This document shows positions 63,398 through 64,000 of a stretch of DNA of 64,000 bases, piece by piece. Position 1 is the first letter of the stretch, and each line of letters begins with the position of its first letter. Where the stretch lies: contig NGBS01000003.1 of NCBI GenBank assembly GCA_002245135.1, forward strand, positions 186,001-250,000. Direction: 5' to 3'. Below the pieces are notes generated by a model. It saw only the letters and a program-made list of their open reading frames with translations, was not told where the DNA came from and ran no database searches. The translations under genes and the position numbers were made by a program. This DNA comes from Proteromonas lacertae. Its lineage: Eukaryota.

Positions 63398-64000
63398 TCA
63401 AAATCTATGGCCACAATTATCACAAAATTTCGCAAGGAATCGATTGGGACCTGAACATTCTGGACATATTTTTGATCTGTTTGCTACACTTTTACTATTT
63501 TCATCCACAATTGCCTTGAGTGGAGTAGAATCAGGTATAAAACTGGGAGTAGTCTTTAAAAGCTTAGTAACAACAGAAGTTTCTTCAACAACTGGCGAAT
63601 TCTTCCTTTTTACCTTCATTTCTTCTTTCACTTGTTTTATAATACTTATCTTTTGATTATCTTCATCATCATCACTTGAATGTTCATCTTCAATATCCAC
63701 TATATCTTCATGTTTTGATTTTTTCTTCTTTTCTTCCTTTGGAGGCATAATTGAAGGTCTAGTCTGTCTAGGTTGTGATGAAAATCCATAATTATTTTCA
63801 CTTTTCAATTTATTTTCAATATTCATTTCCTTTGAAAAATTAGATATATTCATCTGTTTATTTGTTTCATTCTTAATTGGTACATAATCACTGAGTGGAG
63901 TGACACTAGAACTATCATTTCCACTTTCATTACTTTCACTGATTGTATATTTCAATTCTTTCAATGATTTCATTTCATCTGTTTCATCACCTTCATCAGA
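63398..64000 (-). CDS. 3' part of a hypothetical protein with a C-terminal zinc ribbon (partial)
   Basis: Ends ICPECSGPNRFLAKFCDNCGHRF*. The ORF is open to the window edge. Confidence 0.7.
   Translation of the reverse strand, partial: SDEGDETDEMKSLKELKYTISESNESGNDSSSVTPLSDYVPIKNETNKQMNISNFSKEMNIENKLKSENNYGFSSQPRQTRPSIMPPKEEKKKKSKHEDIVDIEDEHSSDDDEDNQKISIIKQVKEEMKVKRKNSPVVEETSVVTKLLKTTPSFIPDSTPLKAIVDENSKSVANRSKICPECSGPNRFLAKFCDNCGHRF

Noticed and set aside
1..64000. CRISPR arrays, rRNA/tRNA genes, transposases, prokaryotic operons
   Set aside because: None were seen. The window is intron-rich eukaryotic DNA and its repeats are simple microsatellites.

Overview
This is a very AT-rich, gene-dense eukaryotic (protist) window, not a prokaryotic one. 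It holds about 33 protein-coding loci split by roughly 100 very short GTAT...AG introns (mostly about 22-45 nt), with about 85-125 bp bidirectional promoters between divergent genes. The compact introns, He_PIG/Ig-like surface genes and kinase-LRR genes point to a Blastocystis/Proteromonas-like opalinatan stramenopile (inference only). Recognisable genes include a PH-CaMK-PH-WD40 kinase, PRL phosphatase, C2CD5, a plasmepsin-V-like protease, kinesin-7, TSET subunit TPLATE, FKBP, CYFIP with a Pro-rich/SH3 extension, Rab5, a MYST HAT, a PDR ABCG, a Kv-beta-type AKR, a TmcB-like protein, CDC50, IFT56 and a CaMKK-like kinase. The strongest hidden signal is a set of five 51-61 nt minor-spliceosome (U12-type) introns. 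All start ATATC, carry a TTYYTT(T)A branch-like box 10-14 nt from the end, and finish in AC (2), AA (2) or AG (1). Each one exactly repairs an otherwise broken reading frame. Other points: a decayed duplicate of a promoter plus first exon, a probable CYFIP-SH3 fusion, a shared GCGCVI[M/F] lipidation tail on two unrelated enzymes, and many single-base frameshifts, mostly in homopolymers, that are probably assembly errors. Gene models were assembled by eye and coordinates span start to stop including introns. No database searches were run.
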